A stretch of DNA of 64,000 bases from Camelus dromedarius (Eukaryota). Position 1 is the first letter of the stretch. Each line of letters starts with the position of its first letter. Made by a program: the position numbers and the translations under genes. Of the stretch, positions 36,730 to 50,214 are shown in pieces. The stretch lies in assembly GCF_036321535.1 (NCBI RefSeq), contig NC_087437.1:105278001-105342000 (forward strand), in the 5' to 3' direction. The notes beneath the pieces are model-generated. The model saw nothing but the letters and a program-made list of their open reading frames with translations. It did not search any database and had not been told where the DNA came from.

Positions 36730-36885
36730 TCTCTGTCTTGATCTCATTAAATGAGTTGAACGATCTTTTGAAAATATTATTATTATTCTTAATTAAAAGA
36801 TGAGTCTATGGTTCAGAGGTTAAGGTGTTCATGCTCATGAAAGAAACTGTGGAAAGATTTATATCAGGCTTTCTGAAATTCAAGA
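36730..36885 (-). mobile_element. MIR fragment
   Basis: attattattattcttaattaaaagatgagtctatggttcagaggttaagg. Confidence 0.5.
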
Positions 36886-38983
36886 CATATGGATATAATG
36901 GAGAGGAAGGAGAAAAATATAGTTATAAATATAATTACAAATCAACCATTACAAGTTAAATTGTAAATAGTAGCTTAGATTTCATTTTAAAGCAAAACTA
37001 TTAATATATTTAAATAATTGACTATTCATGTCTTTCCTTAATAAACAAAAATTTGGGATCTATTTTATATGTATGTATGTATTTATGTGCTGAATTATTC
37101 CTCCCTTCCTTCCCTTTCTCTCTCTGCCTTTCTCAATTGATAAATAGATGGCAGATAGACACAGACAAATAGACTAGCTTTGGTACTAACAATTAGATGA
37201 GAAAAGATTTTTAAAAAACTTATAAATGGGTAATTAATAATGGACTTCTGGCTATTCTAAGAAATCTAGGGACACATCTGTTATGTTGGAAGAAGAGATA
37301 ACAAGCCATTATTGATGCTGGTTAGTACTCACAAAGAATGGATATGAAGTTCAGTTGCTGATGATAGTCAATTAAAAGGTTAGTGTCTGTATGAAATAGT
37401 CAAACACTTTACAGAATATTAACACTGGAAAAATTAGAGGGAATAGAGAGGATCCTTAGAGAAAACTGATGGTGGACTGCATGTAAAATTACTTTGGCTA
37501 TGAAAGTAATTATTAATGGAAAGTTGAATAAGCAGAATTTAGGACTTGGAAAAAATCATCACATTCTTATTATTTCAATATTTTTTAAAGATATCTTAAT
37601 ACATTTTGAGATCAGTTAAAAAAAAAGTTTGGGAATCTAATTTGCAGTTTTAATTCCCAAAGACCCAAATACAGTGGCACATATTGGGAAAATGATTAAT
37701 GCATTATCAGAAACTTCTATTTAAAAAAAGAGAAAACTTTATAAAAAGCAACTGTATTTGAAATTACTTTCACATCAGAGATAATTTGAACAGAGTCATG
37801 TTATGGTTGGCTTAAAATGGGGCTGGCTAATCAAGAAACCCAAATTATAGAAGTAATGGAATTAAATAAGTATAATCCACTTTAAAGCTGAATCCCCGTG
37901 AGTTCTGTTTGTTAAAAGCAAACAAAAATCTATTTGAAAGAGGAACTTTTTTCTGTTGTAATATCAGAGAAATGAAGGTCAACTTATGTAATAATATATA
38001 AAAATGACTTTAAAAATCATCCTTTTTGCATATGGATTATTGTAAAAACATTTCCATCCATCTTTCAATGCTAGTTATATTGTTGATTAATATTGCTTTC
38101 CTTAATTAAAAATGTTATTTTATTGTTTTTCAATATAGAACTTCATTGCACTGAACTCTTTATGTAAACTTTACATACAGGAAACCAAACCAAACAAACA
38201 AGATGAAAGGGCTATGGGCCAAGCATTTTCTTATTATTTTGTCTGGATTAAACCTGGGCTTTCCTCAGTAGAGCTTTTCCATTCAAGATATTAAAGTGTA
38301 AAAAAAAAATATTAAGTTATTATTCTAGTCCTCACCTAATTCCTACATAAACTGACAGGCAAGAAGAGCTAAGGTTAAGCCTTCTGATTGATTTTTGGGA
38401 AGCAGGTTAGTAATAGTGTTTGTTCAATTGTTTATGAATAAGAATTGTTTTAATAGAAGTGTTTGCCTGTAGATAAAACATTCTGCTCTATTTCCTTTCC
38501 TCTTTAGACTTGATGTGGCTAATCCTCTCATATTTGAACTGCTAGATGAGAAGTTTGACATATTCAAGGTCAAGTATTTTTCAGTCATTAAAGACCATCT
38601 TCTTGCTCTCTGTGATTGCTAATTCATTAGTTTGAAATAATTTGAGGGAGTTGGCAGATGATAGAAGTAATGCAAAAATTTGCCCTTTTTAACAAAAAAG
38701 TACTTTGCAAATACTATATTGCTTCTCTCCATTATAAGATATTTAATTTTTTGTATGTCTCTAATCAATTGCACTTTAGTTTCTGAGACAACTCCTTTAA
38801 AAAGATAGTTTAAAATTACTGGAAAAGAAATAGAATTCTATTACCAGTAATAATACATTAGAAAACATTGTTACTAAAAAAAGTATTGTAACATGCAAAA
38901 GTATCAGTTCCTCAAGGTGATACTAATGAATGTCCTTTATAAGAATGAGTAGCAGAGCATTTCGTGTCTTCAGTAAGTACCTG

Positions 38984-39576
38984 TGTTACTGAACTTCAGT
39001 TCAGCTGCTAACTATTCAAAGCCAATACTCGAGAAGCAAGTGTTGGTTGGAAAAGAAAGGCTGCTTTACTCAGGCCAACAACTGGGGGAGACGTTGGACT
39101 CATGTCCAAAAATAAACTCCATAGATTCTGCCGGACCATGAACGTTTTTAAAGGGAGAATTATTCCAGGATGGGGTCAGAAACTTTCCTATTTCCTACTG
39201 TATGTAGATTTTCTTCTGATTAGTTAGTGGTAAAGTAACAGGGCAGTGTTTCAGGAATCTTGTGCTCAGCCTTAAGTTACCACCCTCCACCTGGGTGAGG
39301 GTCTTAATTTCTACAAAATAACACAAAGGTGTTGTTATGTGTATTTATTGAGAAGGAACCAGGACCCTGCCCCGAAGCTGCACTACTGTTTTTCGACTTC
39401 TCCTCCTTTGTTTCTGCATCCCTTCCCTTCTCCGATCAACAACTGTTTGAATCTACCCTTTGGAACTCAGAGAATGTCAATGAGGCTGAACAAAGCCTAT
39501 TTCCTACAAATAAGAAATGGGGAACAAAGAAAGGATTTGTACCCAGGAAGTCCCCACAAGATCTTGCTCCATTTCA
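38984..39576 (-). mobile_element. ERV1 solo LTR, MER41-like (cetartiodactyl type)
   Basis: Minus strand begins tgaaatggagcaagatcttgtggggacttcctgggtacaaatcc and ends ...cagtaaca (TG...CA). Body gtgtttcaggaatcttgtgctcagccttaagttaccaccctccacctggg matches recalled artiodactyl MER41-like LTRs. Confidence 0.8.
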
Positions 39577-41169
39577 CTTATGTTGTGTCTGAAGAGAAAA
39601 AAAAAAGGCATTGGCAAAGGTATATTAATGCAATAGAATAAAGGCCATGGCATATTAATGCAGTATGATAAGGACAATGAACTGCCTTCTCTTCTCATTC
39701 ATGTCCTATGACACTTCCTATGGACAGGAACTACTTTCATCTCAAAGTCAGGATGTGACTTCGAAATCTAGAATATAGGAGGAAGCACTGAACCCGATTG
39801 TAAGTCTCCAAGAAGGAAAAATGGAATGAGAAGTGACTCATAAGCATGTGAAAGCAAAATGACTAAAATTTCAAGAACGAGGAAACAAAAATTTAGCAGG
39901 ATCAACTTCAGTTTAATTGAATACTTTAGATCTTTTTCAGTAACAGAAATCTTCCGGACAGTGATTGTCCATATACAATGAAGCAGTAAAGAGATTTTTT
40001 TCCTCACAATGAAATAATATGGAGAACTTTGGGAGGGAACAAAAAGTATGACATTGACTCCAAATCATTTTCAATACAAATACACATCTTAAATTCAAAA
40101 GTTAAATTTGAAAAATGTTCCAATATTATTTCTTGGGGGAAACTCTTATATTCATTCTTGAAATAACTATTTCTTTAGAGATATAAAACACTCAGAAGTC
40201 ATTTTGTGATAATATTTGTACTGTGTGGTAATCTTTTGGATCCCAGTTCTGGATCTAAAGATGCTATTACCCAAATGTTTCATGGTTTCGCTACTTAAAT
40301 CTTTATCAAGGATTCTTTATACATTCAACTTTTAGAAATTGATTTCATATAAGTTTTACTGTCATCTACTCAATTATGAAAGTTTAAAATGAGTTTCATA
40401 AATTTAAGACATCAGTGTTTTCAAAAATATTCTCACTGCACTTAGTGTAGAGAAACCTGTATGGACTCTCTCAAACGCAGGAAGGAAATTGCATATTTTA
40501 TGTCTTTAGCATATTGCCTTCTCCCAGGTCGGGAGACTATATCAGAATACAGAACATCTTAAAAAACAGTGAAAATCTATGACTACTTTATCCATTTACC
40601 ATTGCATTAACCTGCATGTATCCAAATGTATTGGAATATTTATTTATGTTATGGTCTAAACTAATTTAAAATTTATTGTTTCTAATAAAATCTTAAAGTT
40701 GCCAAAGCTTTTGTAACATTTTGTCATTATACAAGATGGAGTAATGTGTCACTAAATGCTAGATTTGTCTTTTAACTCAAGTTTAAAAATTGCAATGTGC
40801 ATTCTGTGACAACAATGTTAAGAGTCTAGTGTAATATACTATCTGCTCAATTGTAATTTTGTTCAATGAAAATTTTAATCTGAAATAATTTTTCTAGGAT
40901 TTATAGATCGATAATTCTGAATAACTGATATTGAATTTCACTTGAAGTCATCAGAGCACAATGAAAATTTTCAGCCAAATGATTGTCTGCATCACCTTCT
41001 TCAATCACCATTAGACCACAGATTAGTGTTTTCTTCTCAGATGCTCAGCTATGTTTTGTGGCTGATAGTTGACAGGAAAGTTAATGGTGCTGAGAATCTA
41101 CCGTATATCAGGCCTATAATCCCAGGAGCCATAGCTATTAATTCCTTCACCCATGTGCATATGGGTGAA

Positions 41170-41285
41170 GCTCCAAAGAACTGCATAAGGGTGATTTTTC
41201 ACTCTTGCATCCCTAGCAACTATCAGTGTCTGAAAGCAGAAAGCACTCAATCAATTTATAAGTATATGAATAAATAAATGAATGA
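41170..41285 (+). mobile_element. L2 3' end
   Basis: tttcactcttgcatccctagcaactatcagtgtctgaaagcagaaagcactcaatcaattt...tgaataaataaatgaatg. Confidence 0.7.
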
Positions 41286-42149
41286 TTATGAATCTGATTG
41301 GTACCATTAGTTTCATGAAATTCACATATGTAATTGTCCATTGCAATAAACTTCCTAGAATAGTAAATTTTAAATTCAGACTGCAGTTAATAAAAATAAC
41401 CTTTTCATCTATGTTGATTAAGTGCAAGCAATCATTGTGTTACTTCATGAAAATTCCTAGAGAGTAAATTTGAGATTCAGATTCAAATGAAGAAATATCA
41501 CTCTGTTAGTTATATTGATGAAACACAATTATAATATCATCTTATGAAAGGTGTCATAAAATGTTACTTATCACATTTAACTTATGTAAATTTCTTCTGC
41601 TGTTGATAGCAGGGTCAAGTAATGTATGTTGATACTTTATATGCAAGCAACTAATGCAATATTTTGAATGGCATATATGGGCAAATAAAGACAAACAATT
41701 ACAAGGAAAATAAAAAAGATGAAGCCTGTTTTATCTAACCATGATAGCAATAGCTCTATCTGGAGTTTTTACATGATGACACATTAGAAATGAAACAAAT
41801 GTGGTCTCCACACAAGACATAAGTTAGGAAAATGGAAATAATATTGATAGTATAAATATAATCCTGTAAATGATTGATGATTTACTTCTTAAATTATGAA
41901 AAAATATATTCTTCTGGGCTTAAGTAAATTTGAGTCTGTCTGTTTATGGCTGAGACAAAATTAAGCAAAAATAACTTTCTATCTTTCAAGTTTACTCTTC
42001 AACTGCTGTTCAGTGCTCTACATTTCCCAGGTGTTTTTGCTAATCTATTAAAACTGGTAATTTTTGGACAACCTTTGGGGGAGAATTAACAGAAGTTATT
42101 CAAATTCTTTCTCATCTCTCTTACTGGATTAGAATGTATGCTGGTGGAT

Positions 42150-42697
42150 ACTAATAAGTTATTTGCTGAAAGGTTCATTTTGAAGAAAGGGGATTGATTT
42201 CCACCATTTTCTTACTATGCCTTGTGGTTCTGTGGGTCCAGTGGTGACAGCTCCCCTCTCCCTTTCATAATGGCTGCGTGGCTACAATTTTCACTGTGAC
42301 TTTTCTTATGTGCCTAGTGTCTTAGATGGGGTAGCTGGAAGGCCTGGGTCAGTGGGGTAGCTGGAATGTTTTTATTTAGACCACATGTCTAGAACCTTTC
42401 TCACTATCCACTCGATTCTTCTCCAAGTGATTTTTCCACATATATATGTGGGCTTCTTACAGCATGGCAACTGGATTCCACCAGGCAGGAAGTGAAGCTT
42501 GCTACTTTCTCAAATGCTTGAGCTCAAAAATCCCAAATTATTACTTGTAATTCATTCAGTTGGTCAAAGCCAGCCACAAGGATGGTCCATATTCAACAAA
42601 AGGAAAAATTAAGCTTTATCCCTGGAAACTAGGTACAGAACACGTCCACAGTAGAGGGGAGGTGCTATTGGGCAAATTCTTTGGCCACTAATTTGCA
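42150..42697 (-). mobile_element. Old MaLR LTR (MLT1K/L-like)
   Basis: gggcttcttacagcatggcaactggattcca...attcagttggtcaaagccagccacaagg...ccatattcaa. Confidence 0.7.
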
Positions 42698-44729
42698 AAA
42701 CCCAAAGCAAAATTTTCATCAACTGTTCATTTGTAAGATTTTGTGAAAACCTGAAAATTATTTAGCTCAATTTCATTAAAAAATATTTAGCAATATCTTA
42801 CTTGTCTTGTATGTCTAGGCTAGCTTTTTGGCATAGAAGACAACAAATTTTGAATAAAATTTTTTTTAAATAAATTATGTGTTTATACTTATAGTTGTTT
42901 CTCACTATTACTTTTGGGAGTTTTAAAATTCACTTGCAAATAAAATGATAAAGCTTAACTGTTATGAATGTTAACATTTAATTTAGAAAAAAAATCTACA
43001 AAATAAAAAGCAACATTTAAAAAATTAAGAACATCTCAGTTGCTTCAGTAGGTCAAGAGCAATTAAATTTCCACTTTTCACATGTCTATTCATTTTTTCT
43101 TATTTTTATAAAGCTCTTAAAAAATATTGCTCTCCATGGTCTTATAAGCATATAAAGACACATTGACATCAATGTCTTTTGCCCTTCAAACATTTTCCTT
43201 TATGATGAAGTCATTTTTGGTAAGCTCTAGTTAAATCAATGGGCCATAAATATAAGGGCAACTGACCAACTGAAGAATTCTTGCTGTATTCAGTAGAAGT
43301 AGTTCCTAGGATTTTGTGCTTAATTCACCCCATTTTGCTGGTTCATAAACCATGAAAACACCAATTTTATTCAATATTTTTCTTGGCGCACTGATTGAAC
43401 AAGTTTCCAAGAAATTAGATACATGATTGAGTTATATCTGCTCTTTCAATGTTCTTTCTTACATGAACATAATTTTATAAATTTCCAACAAGATTTTATT
43501 TTTAGACAAATACGAAAAATACCTATTGTACACGCTATCAATGCTTTTAAATCTTTATATCTCTCACAATAAAATTAATAACAAAGGGAATATTAGCTAA
43601 ACTCTTCTGCCTTTGCAAATCAGGACATTTTTAGGCGAATTTTAAAATAATGTTTCAGAGAAGACTTAATTATGAGTAAAATAATTCTTGCCACTTTTAG
43701 ACTGCAGAAAATATAAGTCCTCTTCAGCTCATGCCATTGGAAAAGTTAGTTCCTTCATTATGTTTCCTGACTTCTGTCTCCCTTTATGTTCCAGTGTTTT
43801 TAGGCAGTGACTGTGTGCCTTTCTTTGCACAATCTTCAGTGTTAAGACTTGCTGAAGTGTGATAAGTTGAGAAAGGGCATCCAGACAGCATAAAGGTGGT
43901 CAGTAGAGCAATCACTAGAGTATCATTAATTGATCATGGATGGAATTCAGAGGGATCATAAATTTGTCTACAAAAAAAAAAAATGGTCACTATTCTCTGA
44001 TTGAAATTTCTCATTTCCTAAATAAAGGTAGGTAATAGATTACAAATGTATTATGACTAACTATTACTTTTCACAAATATAAAACATATTTTTGTATAAA
44101 GTTATTGCCAATTGCAGATATCTCAGAAATAATAAATTGACCACCACTTTGATATTATGGTAGGTTTTAGAAATACTATTTAACATTATTTAATATGTTA
44201 ATGAAGAAATACATATATTAATATATTATGTTGTAAATATTTGCATAACTGTAGATTTTCTATAAAATGCATTTTTCATGAATTTACAAATCAAAGAAAG
44301 AGGTACATGGATGAAAAACAATTAAGAATTCCTGAAATTCTCTTTGAGCATTGTCATTAACTGATATTTATCATTCCTCTCTTCCATCATTTATTTTAGA
44401 TATCTTACTTTGCCTTGTGTAAATGCCTTTCCTGATGGAGTTACCTGGATTTTTATTTTTCACTTGCCTTGCCCTTGGCAGGACATATTTTCTAAAATTA
44501 CCCTTTAAATATCATTTAACATGAAAATAAATCTTCTATCTTATCTCTAAGCAAAATTTATGAGATGTTTTTTCAAAATATTTCCTGACACTGCACTTTC
44601 CTATACATCTTGTATTTTCCAATATAATATGTCACTAGCAACTATTCTAATTTTTATGGCATCCATTGTGAATTTTCATTATCCATGCCATATCAGGCAT
44701 TAGGATTTTGTACACTATCCCTGATTCTC

Positions 44730-44990
44730 ACCATCTTCAATGTTACTACTTTTGTATGAGATGCTCTCTTCTCTTACCTGGTTATTGCAAACAGAGGCCA
44801 AGCTGAGCTTCCTGTTTCCAGCCCTATCTTCTCCTGAAGGATATACACTGCATAGCACCTAGAGATTTCCTTCTTCTGAATGACTTGAGTCATGTCACTG
44901 CTTTCCAAAATCACTGCAATGTATGCCCATCTCATTCATATCTAATAGCCAATTCTTGCAACAAGCAAGAATGTTTTACATAATTTAATT
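44730..44990 (+). mobile_element. L2 fragment
   Basis: ttacctggttattgcaa...acactgcatagcacctagagattt...gtcatgtcactgctttccaaaatc. Confidence 0.55.
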
Positions 44991-44999
44991 TTATGACTT

Positions 45000-45526
45000 C
45001 TGTCTGGGTAGCTGCAACAGTGTTTTCTGCCTGTGATCTCACAAAGGTGAAATCAAAGTGTCAGTCTGGTGGGGTTCTTATCAGGCTTTGAGAAGAATTT
45101 ACATTCAAGCTCCCCCAGGTGATTGGCAGAATTCGGTTCCTTGTTGTTGAAGGACTGAGGTCCTCATTTCCTTGTTGGCTGTCAGAGAGGAGTCACTATC
45201 ATCTTCTAAAGGCCAACTGCATTCCTTGAAATGTTGCGCCCCTTCATCTTCAAGTGAGTGCTGTGATATCAAGTTCTCTTCATTCTTGAAATGACTTTGA
45301 GTTTGTTTTATTATGTTGACCAAAGCAGAGTAACTTAGGTCTGCTCAGTTTCTCTTTTGAGAATTTACTAATTAAATCCTACTGATTAGTAAACTTTATT
45401 ACATTCTCAAAATCTCTTTGCCATGTCACTTGATACAATCAAGAGCTGTATGTCTCACCATAGTTATAGTCCTAGGAATTAGGGTTGGAAGTCTTAAGGT
45501 AGTCATTTTAGAATACTCCCTGACAC
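45000..45526 (-). mobile_element. MaLR LTR (MLT1D/E-like)
   Basis: aaggtgaaatcaaagtgtcag...ttggcagaattcggttccttgttgttgaaggactgaggtcctcatttccttgttggctgtcag...gtcattttagaatactccctgacaca. Confidence 0.85.
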
Positions 45527-45552
45527 AGATGGAAAATGATTAGGAAAAGGGA

Positions 45553-46114
45553 TGTTTTTGCTTTCTATTGCTACATACCAATGTTGTCACAAACTTAACA
45601 GCTTGAAATAACACTCATTTATTTATTCACAGTTTCTAAGAGTCAGGAGTCTAGCATAGCTTATCTGGGTTTTTTGCAAGGCTATAATCAACATCCACCA
45701 TGACTGGACTTGAATCTGGAAATTGACTATAGAATGATCGGCTTCAAGTTTATGTTGTTGATAGAATTTAATTCTTTATGGTTGTAAGAATAAGACCTTA
45801 TTTTCTTGCAGTCTATTAAGTGGAGACCATCCCCAGTTTCCAGAACCCACACTCAGTGTTTTGTGTCTTGTGTCTCCAATATAGCTGTTTGCTTCATCAA
45901 GACAGGCAGGGGGAGTCTCTTCCCAGAATGGGCACTGCAATCTTATATAATGTAATCATGCATGTTAATCTCTACACCTCATCATTTGTACCTTATTCTA
46001 TTGGTTAGAAGTAAATCACAAGTCATATCTGCTCAAGAAAAGATCAAAAAAATGTGTGAACACTACACAGAAGGGACCATGGTAGGGGGGCACCTTAAGA
46101 GTGTTTTCATGACA
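45553..46114 (-). mobile_element. MaLR LTR (MLT1E-like)
   Basis: ttctattgctac...cacaaacttaacagcttgaaataacactcatttat...agtcaggagtctagcatagctta...ttctattggttagaagtaaatcacaag. Confidence 0.85.
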
Positions 46115-46167
46115 GAGGAACTTTGGAAAGCAAAAGTAAGAGAAGAGACAGCTGTGTGTGCACAGAA

Positions 46168-46170
<3 letters not shown>

Positions 46171-46234
<64 letters not shown>

Positions 46235-46255
46235 CAGAAGAGAAAAGAGAGAGAG
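46171..46255. repeat. Compound (GT)15(GA)13 microsatellite with degenerate GA tail
   Basis: Read directly: (GT)15 at 46171-46200, (GA)13 at 46201-46226. Confidence 0.95.
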
Positions 46256-47069
46256 GTAAATACATATTGGTGTTGGGGGGCATATGAATAATTCTATTTG
46301 AACCACATCAATACATATGTATAAACCTGTTGTGCTGTTTTTCTCCTTAGTCATTAAACTCTAGATCTTTCATCTTCTCTTGCTTTGGGTAATACAGCTT
46401 GAGCTTGATTTCTGTCATCAGCAACTTCTGCCAATTGGGAATCATAGTTCCATATCAGTAAAACGTTTCAAATAGTAACTGAATATTAAATGACAGCTAT
46501 ATCACTTATTCTTAGACAGAAATAAGAAATAAATCACAAAAGTACTAACTAGTTAACTTGCCATAAAATATTAAGAAGGCCATTTCCTCATTGAATTAAG
46601 CGTCTTGATGCCTCTTCCATTCAAAAAGTCATGTTAGAAATGTTAACTTTGCCATGAGAAAGGATTTATATATTTTAGTCAATAAAACTTTTAAATAACC
46701 TTCTTCATGTTCAGTATTATTCTTGACACTGAAGATAATCCCTGAACACACTTCTAGTAAACATGAGTCTTTGCCTCACAGAGCTGGACATTCAGGAGAA
46801 AATTAAGGTGGTTTACTCTTATTCAACTTAAGGGAGGGGGGTTACACTCAGTAAATTCATTTCAGTTTAGAACCTATTTCAATTATCATAACCCATTATG
46901 AGAACAAAATGATTGAATTAAAAAGGACATGGGTAAGGTAAAATAATAGACTGTTTTCTTTACCAAATTAACTTATTTAACATATATTAGGGAGAGTGTT
47001 TGAAAACTACTTACTAATAGTGAAACCCATGGCCCAAATTATCTTGTAGCAATTCTCTCCATCTTTAAT

Positions 47070-47175
47070 GTGCATAGGTTGAATGAAATTTTTGGTTTGA
47101 TGGATCTGTGGTGAGACCCCAAATCATGAACTTCTAACAAGCTCTCGAGTTATCCCAATGCTGCTGAATCACTGT
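47070..47175. mobile_element. MER5-like fragment
   Basis: ggatctgtggtgagacccc...ttctaacaagctctcgagttatcccaatgctgctg. Confidence 0.55.
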
Positions 47176-47924
47176 TTAATTAATTGACAAAGTCATCTTA
47201 GAGAATTGCTGAGTCACTATTTAATAAGTTTTCTTCAGAAAGTTACTTTTCCTAAAACATAAATGCTCTTGCCAGATACCTTTAAAAAATTGTTGGATGT
47301 CTCTGTCCAGTGATTGTGTATCTGGTTAAGGCTTCTGCATGTGGCTTTTAAGGAGCTCATTTGCCCCGGATCTCTTACTGAAGTAGGATGAACCTTCTTT
47401 GTAAACTTTCCTCGCCAGGAAACTGCGTGATCACTGCCTGAGGTTACTATGTGAGCAGGTGCATGCAATTCCTCTGCTTTGGAATAAAAAGCCAGATCAA
47501 GAAAACTAAATCCAAATTTTCTGTCTTTCACATTTTGCTACTGAAACACCTGACACAGTTTTAAAGAGGACAAAAGAAATATCAAGCACCCTAAATTTTA
47601 TTTGAGAATAATTTCTTTCTATAAGAACCACATGTATATAGGAAAGTGCAGTTAAAATCTTTACAGGCAAATCACACTGAAATAGAACATTATTGTGTTG
47701 ATGAAATATTCCTTTTCAGAACAGACTCACAGTTCTGTAAATAGGTTGTATTATTAAAGATAAAGGCAGTACTTTTACCTTGGATAGCTCAAACTGCCTG
47801 GCTGTTTGACTAAAATACATTTTATATATATATAATATATATTTTAAATGTTGGCATTCCGTATTAAAAATAGGCCCTTTTAATTATTCTTAAGTTCCAT
47901 TAAAAACACAAATTAGAACTATAA

Positions 47925-48115
47925 CAGAGGTAGATCTGGTTTAAGAAGATCCAGTTTAAATCTAAGCTCTTTTGTTTAAAATCATGAGATATGTAAAGCC
48001 CAAAATTTCTGTCTCAGCTTGTTTCTTGTCTGTGTACCTTTGAGATTATGAGGATAAATTTAAAAGAGGACAAGTGTTTTATAAATTGTAAATAACTTTA
48101 TAAGTGCAGAGCATT
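47925..48115 (+). mobile_element. MIR
   Basis: tctgtctcagcttgtttcttgtctgt...ttatgaggataaatt...ttataaattgtaaa. Confidence 0.55.
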
Positions 48116-48279
48116 ATCTTATTATTGTAATATTTGAAACTGGGGAAAATAAAATAACTCTTAACTTTAACACAAGCTAATTGCGAAATGCTATACCAAT
48201 ATGGATTCTGAATGTTATCAATTCATTTAATAGATTCTGCTTCTGACTTAATGGATTTTTTACATAATCTAAAAAAGTA

Positions 48280-49150
48280 ATTCTTCTTTCAACTACTAGA
48301 CACTGAACAAAAGCAACAAACTTTTATTGAAGCTTGCAATAAAATCAAGAAAAGTCTCAGGAACCAAAAGCAAAGCGCAAACCAAAGAAAGTTTGGTAGC
48401 CATTGACTAAATAGAAATCCTCCTGAAAAAGTTTACCAATACCAGAATCTTAACAGCAGTCCAGAGTAAGGGAGACGCTGCCTTATGACATAGTTCCCTA
48501 TGACAATATCAGAAGGTTAAAAGTCTGAACAATAGCCTTTCAGAATTCATGGACTGCAAAAGGATACACTGACAATGAAAGGGTAAACGTTAAAAATCTA
48601 CCCACCACAAAGACGACAAAATAAGACTTTTATTAGTCTTAGCTGTGTGAGAGGAGGCTACTTTCCCAAGAGAATATGAAACTATAGCCATTCTCTTAGT
48701 TATATTTGGGCTTTAAAATTTTGCTGGAAAATCTAGGCCAACTAATAGATTTTAAATGTTTTCAGATCGGTAGCACGCCGGAGCAACTTGGCAGCTGCAA
48801 GCAGAAATCTTCTGTTAAGAAAAGTTCCCTATCAGTATAGGCCTTAGGAATTCATTTAAGATCACACAAATATTAGCTGACAAGCCCAAATTTCAAAACA
48901 TGAGAAACAGTCATAAAGGCCTGAATTAATGTACATAAACTGCAAAATAAATTTTATTTAAAAATCAAAACAGAATTGAAAATATAAGCAAAGGAAAAGA
49001 ATCTATAACAGAATCTAAGACAGTTTTTAAATTACCCAATTAGAATTTTTAGAAATTAAAAGTATATTCATTGAACTTAAAAGTTCAATCAATGGTTTAA
49101 TCAGAGGATTAGACACAGCTGAGAATCAGTTCATTGGAAAAATTCTGATT
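48280..49150 (+). mobile_element. Old L1 5' region/ORF1 remnant
   Basis: caattagaatttttagaaattaaaagtatattcattgaacttaaaagttcaatcaatggtttaatcagaggattagacacagctgag is typical of the L1 ORF1 coiled-coil region. Confidence 0.7.
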
Positions 49151-49251
49151 ACAAGAAGGATGGGCGCCCCTAGTCCCTGCATTGTTCAAGGGTCAACTGC
49201 ACTACTAGCAGTAATATTCTGTACTAAGAACAATAATTTAGGGTTCTACAG

Positions 49252-49438
49252 CAAAGGTTCTCAAAACTTAGCTTGCTTTGGAATCACTTGGTGGGCTTGA
49301 TAAAACATAGACCGATTGCCCCACTTTCAGAGTTACTTTTTCAGTGAATCTGTGGTGGGGTCCAATAATTCACACCTCTAACAAGTTCCAGGTGATGCTG
49401 ATGCTGCTGGTCCAGAGATTAAATTTTGAAAATTGCTA
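49252..49438. mobile_element. MER5A (hAT-Charlie MITE)
   Basis: ggttctcaaaact...gaatcacttggtgggcttgataaaaca...ctaacaagttccaggtgatgctgatgctgctggtcc; perfect 8-bp TSD ttctacag at 49244-49251 and 49439-49446. Confidence 0.92.
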
Positions 49439-50214
49439 TTCTACAGCATTGTGAGGAACACAGTGTGATGCTAGGAGAAATGAATAAACATTGGCAGGTC
49501 AATAAGTGGGTGTCATAGTATATACATACATATGTACATATATAATGCACATGTGCATGTATGATCTCTATGTATACATACACACACATATATTATGATA
49601 CTGAATTTTAGGTCTGTGAAAAAAGTTGTCGATTCAAAAGTTTATTTTTCTTATTTTATGAGAGATTTGGGGATAGAACTCATTAAGAGGAAGAATTATG
49701 AATAGTATATATTCCTATGATAGAAATCTAAACTAATTCATATTGATACTGCATTAAAATTATTGAATTGTTTAATAGTTCTAACACAGAATTCAAATCC
49801 AGATATTCCTCCCATTTTATAATATAGAAATGTTGGCCCCTTTAACCATATCTCTCAATTTTATCTTTTACAATATAGCTTTATAGCATGTTTCCTTCAC
49901 TTCATCCCAGGATAGAAGATATGATCAATAAGCATGCTTCTTATTGCCTTTATAACATAAATGCAAAACAGTAAAATCTTAAAAGTGTAAGAAGCAAATT
50001 TAGAGAGACTATTTTTAAAGTGTAGGGAAAAGACGACCCAGGATGCTTCAGCATGCACCGGGATGTTGTATGTAGTTTGAATTTTTGAGAAAATGCAATA
50101 TAATGTTAACATCTGTTGGGAATCTTATAAACTGCTTGCTTGGGGCACTTCAAAGTTCGATATTAGATCACAATGCATTCAAATTCCTCTCAAACATCTT
50201 GTATCTGTGTGGTT

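Noticed and set aside
39329..39698. Three overlapping ORFs
   Set aside because: They lie largely within the MER41-like LTR and have no protein similarity I can recognise.
45962..46354. 109-aa and 112-aa ORFs
   Set aside because: Open only because they cross the (GT)n(GA)n microsatellite and an MLT1 LTR.
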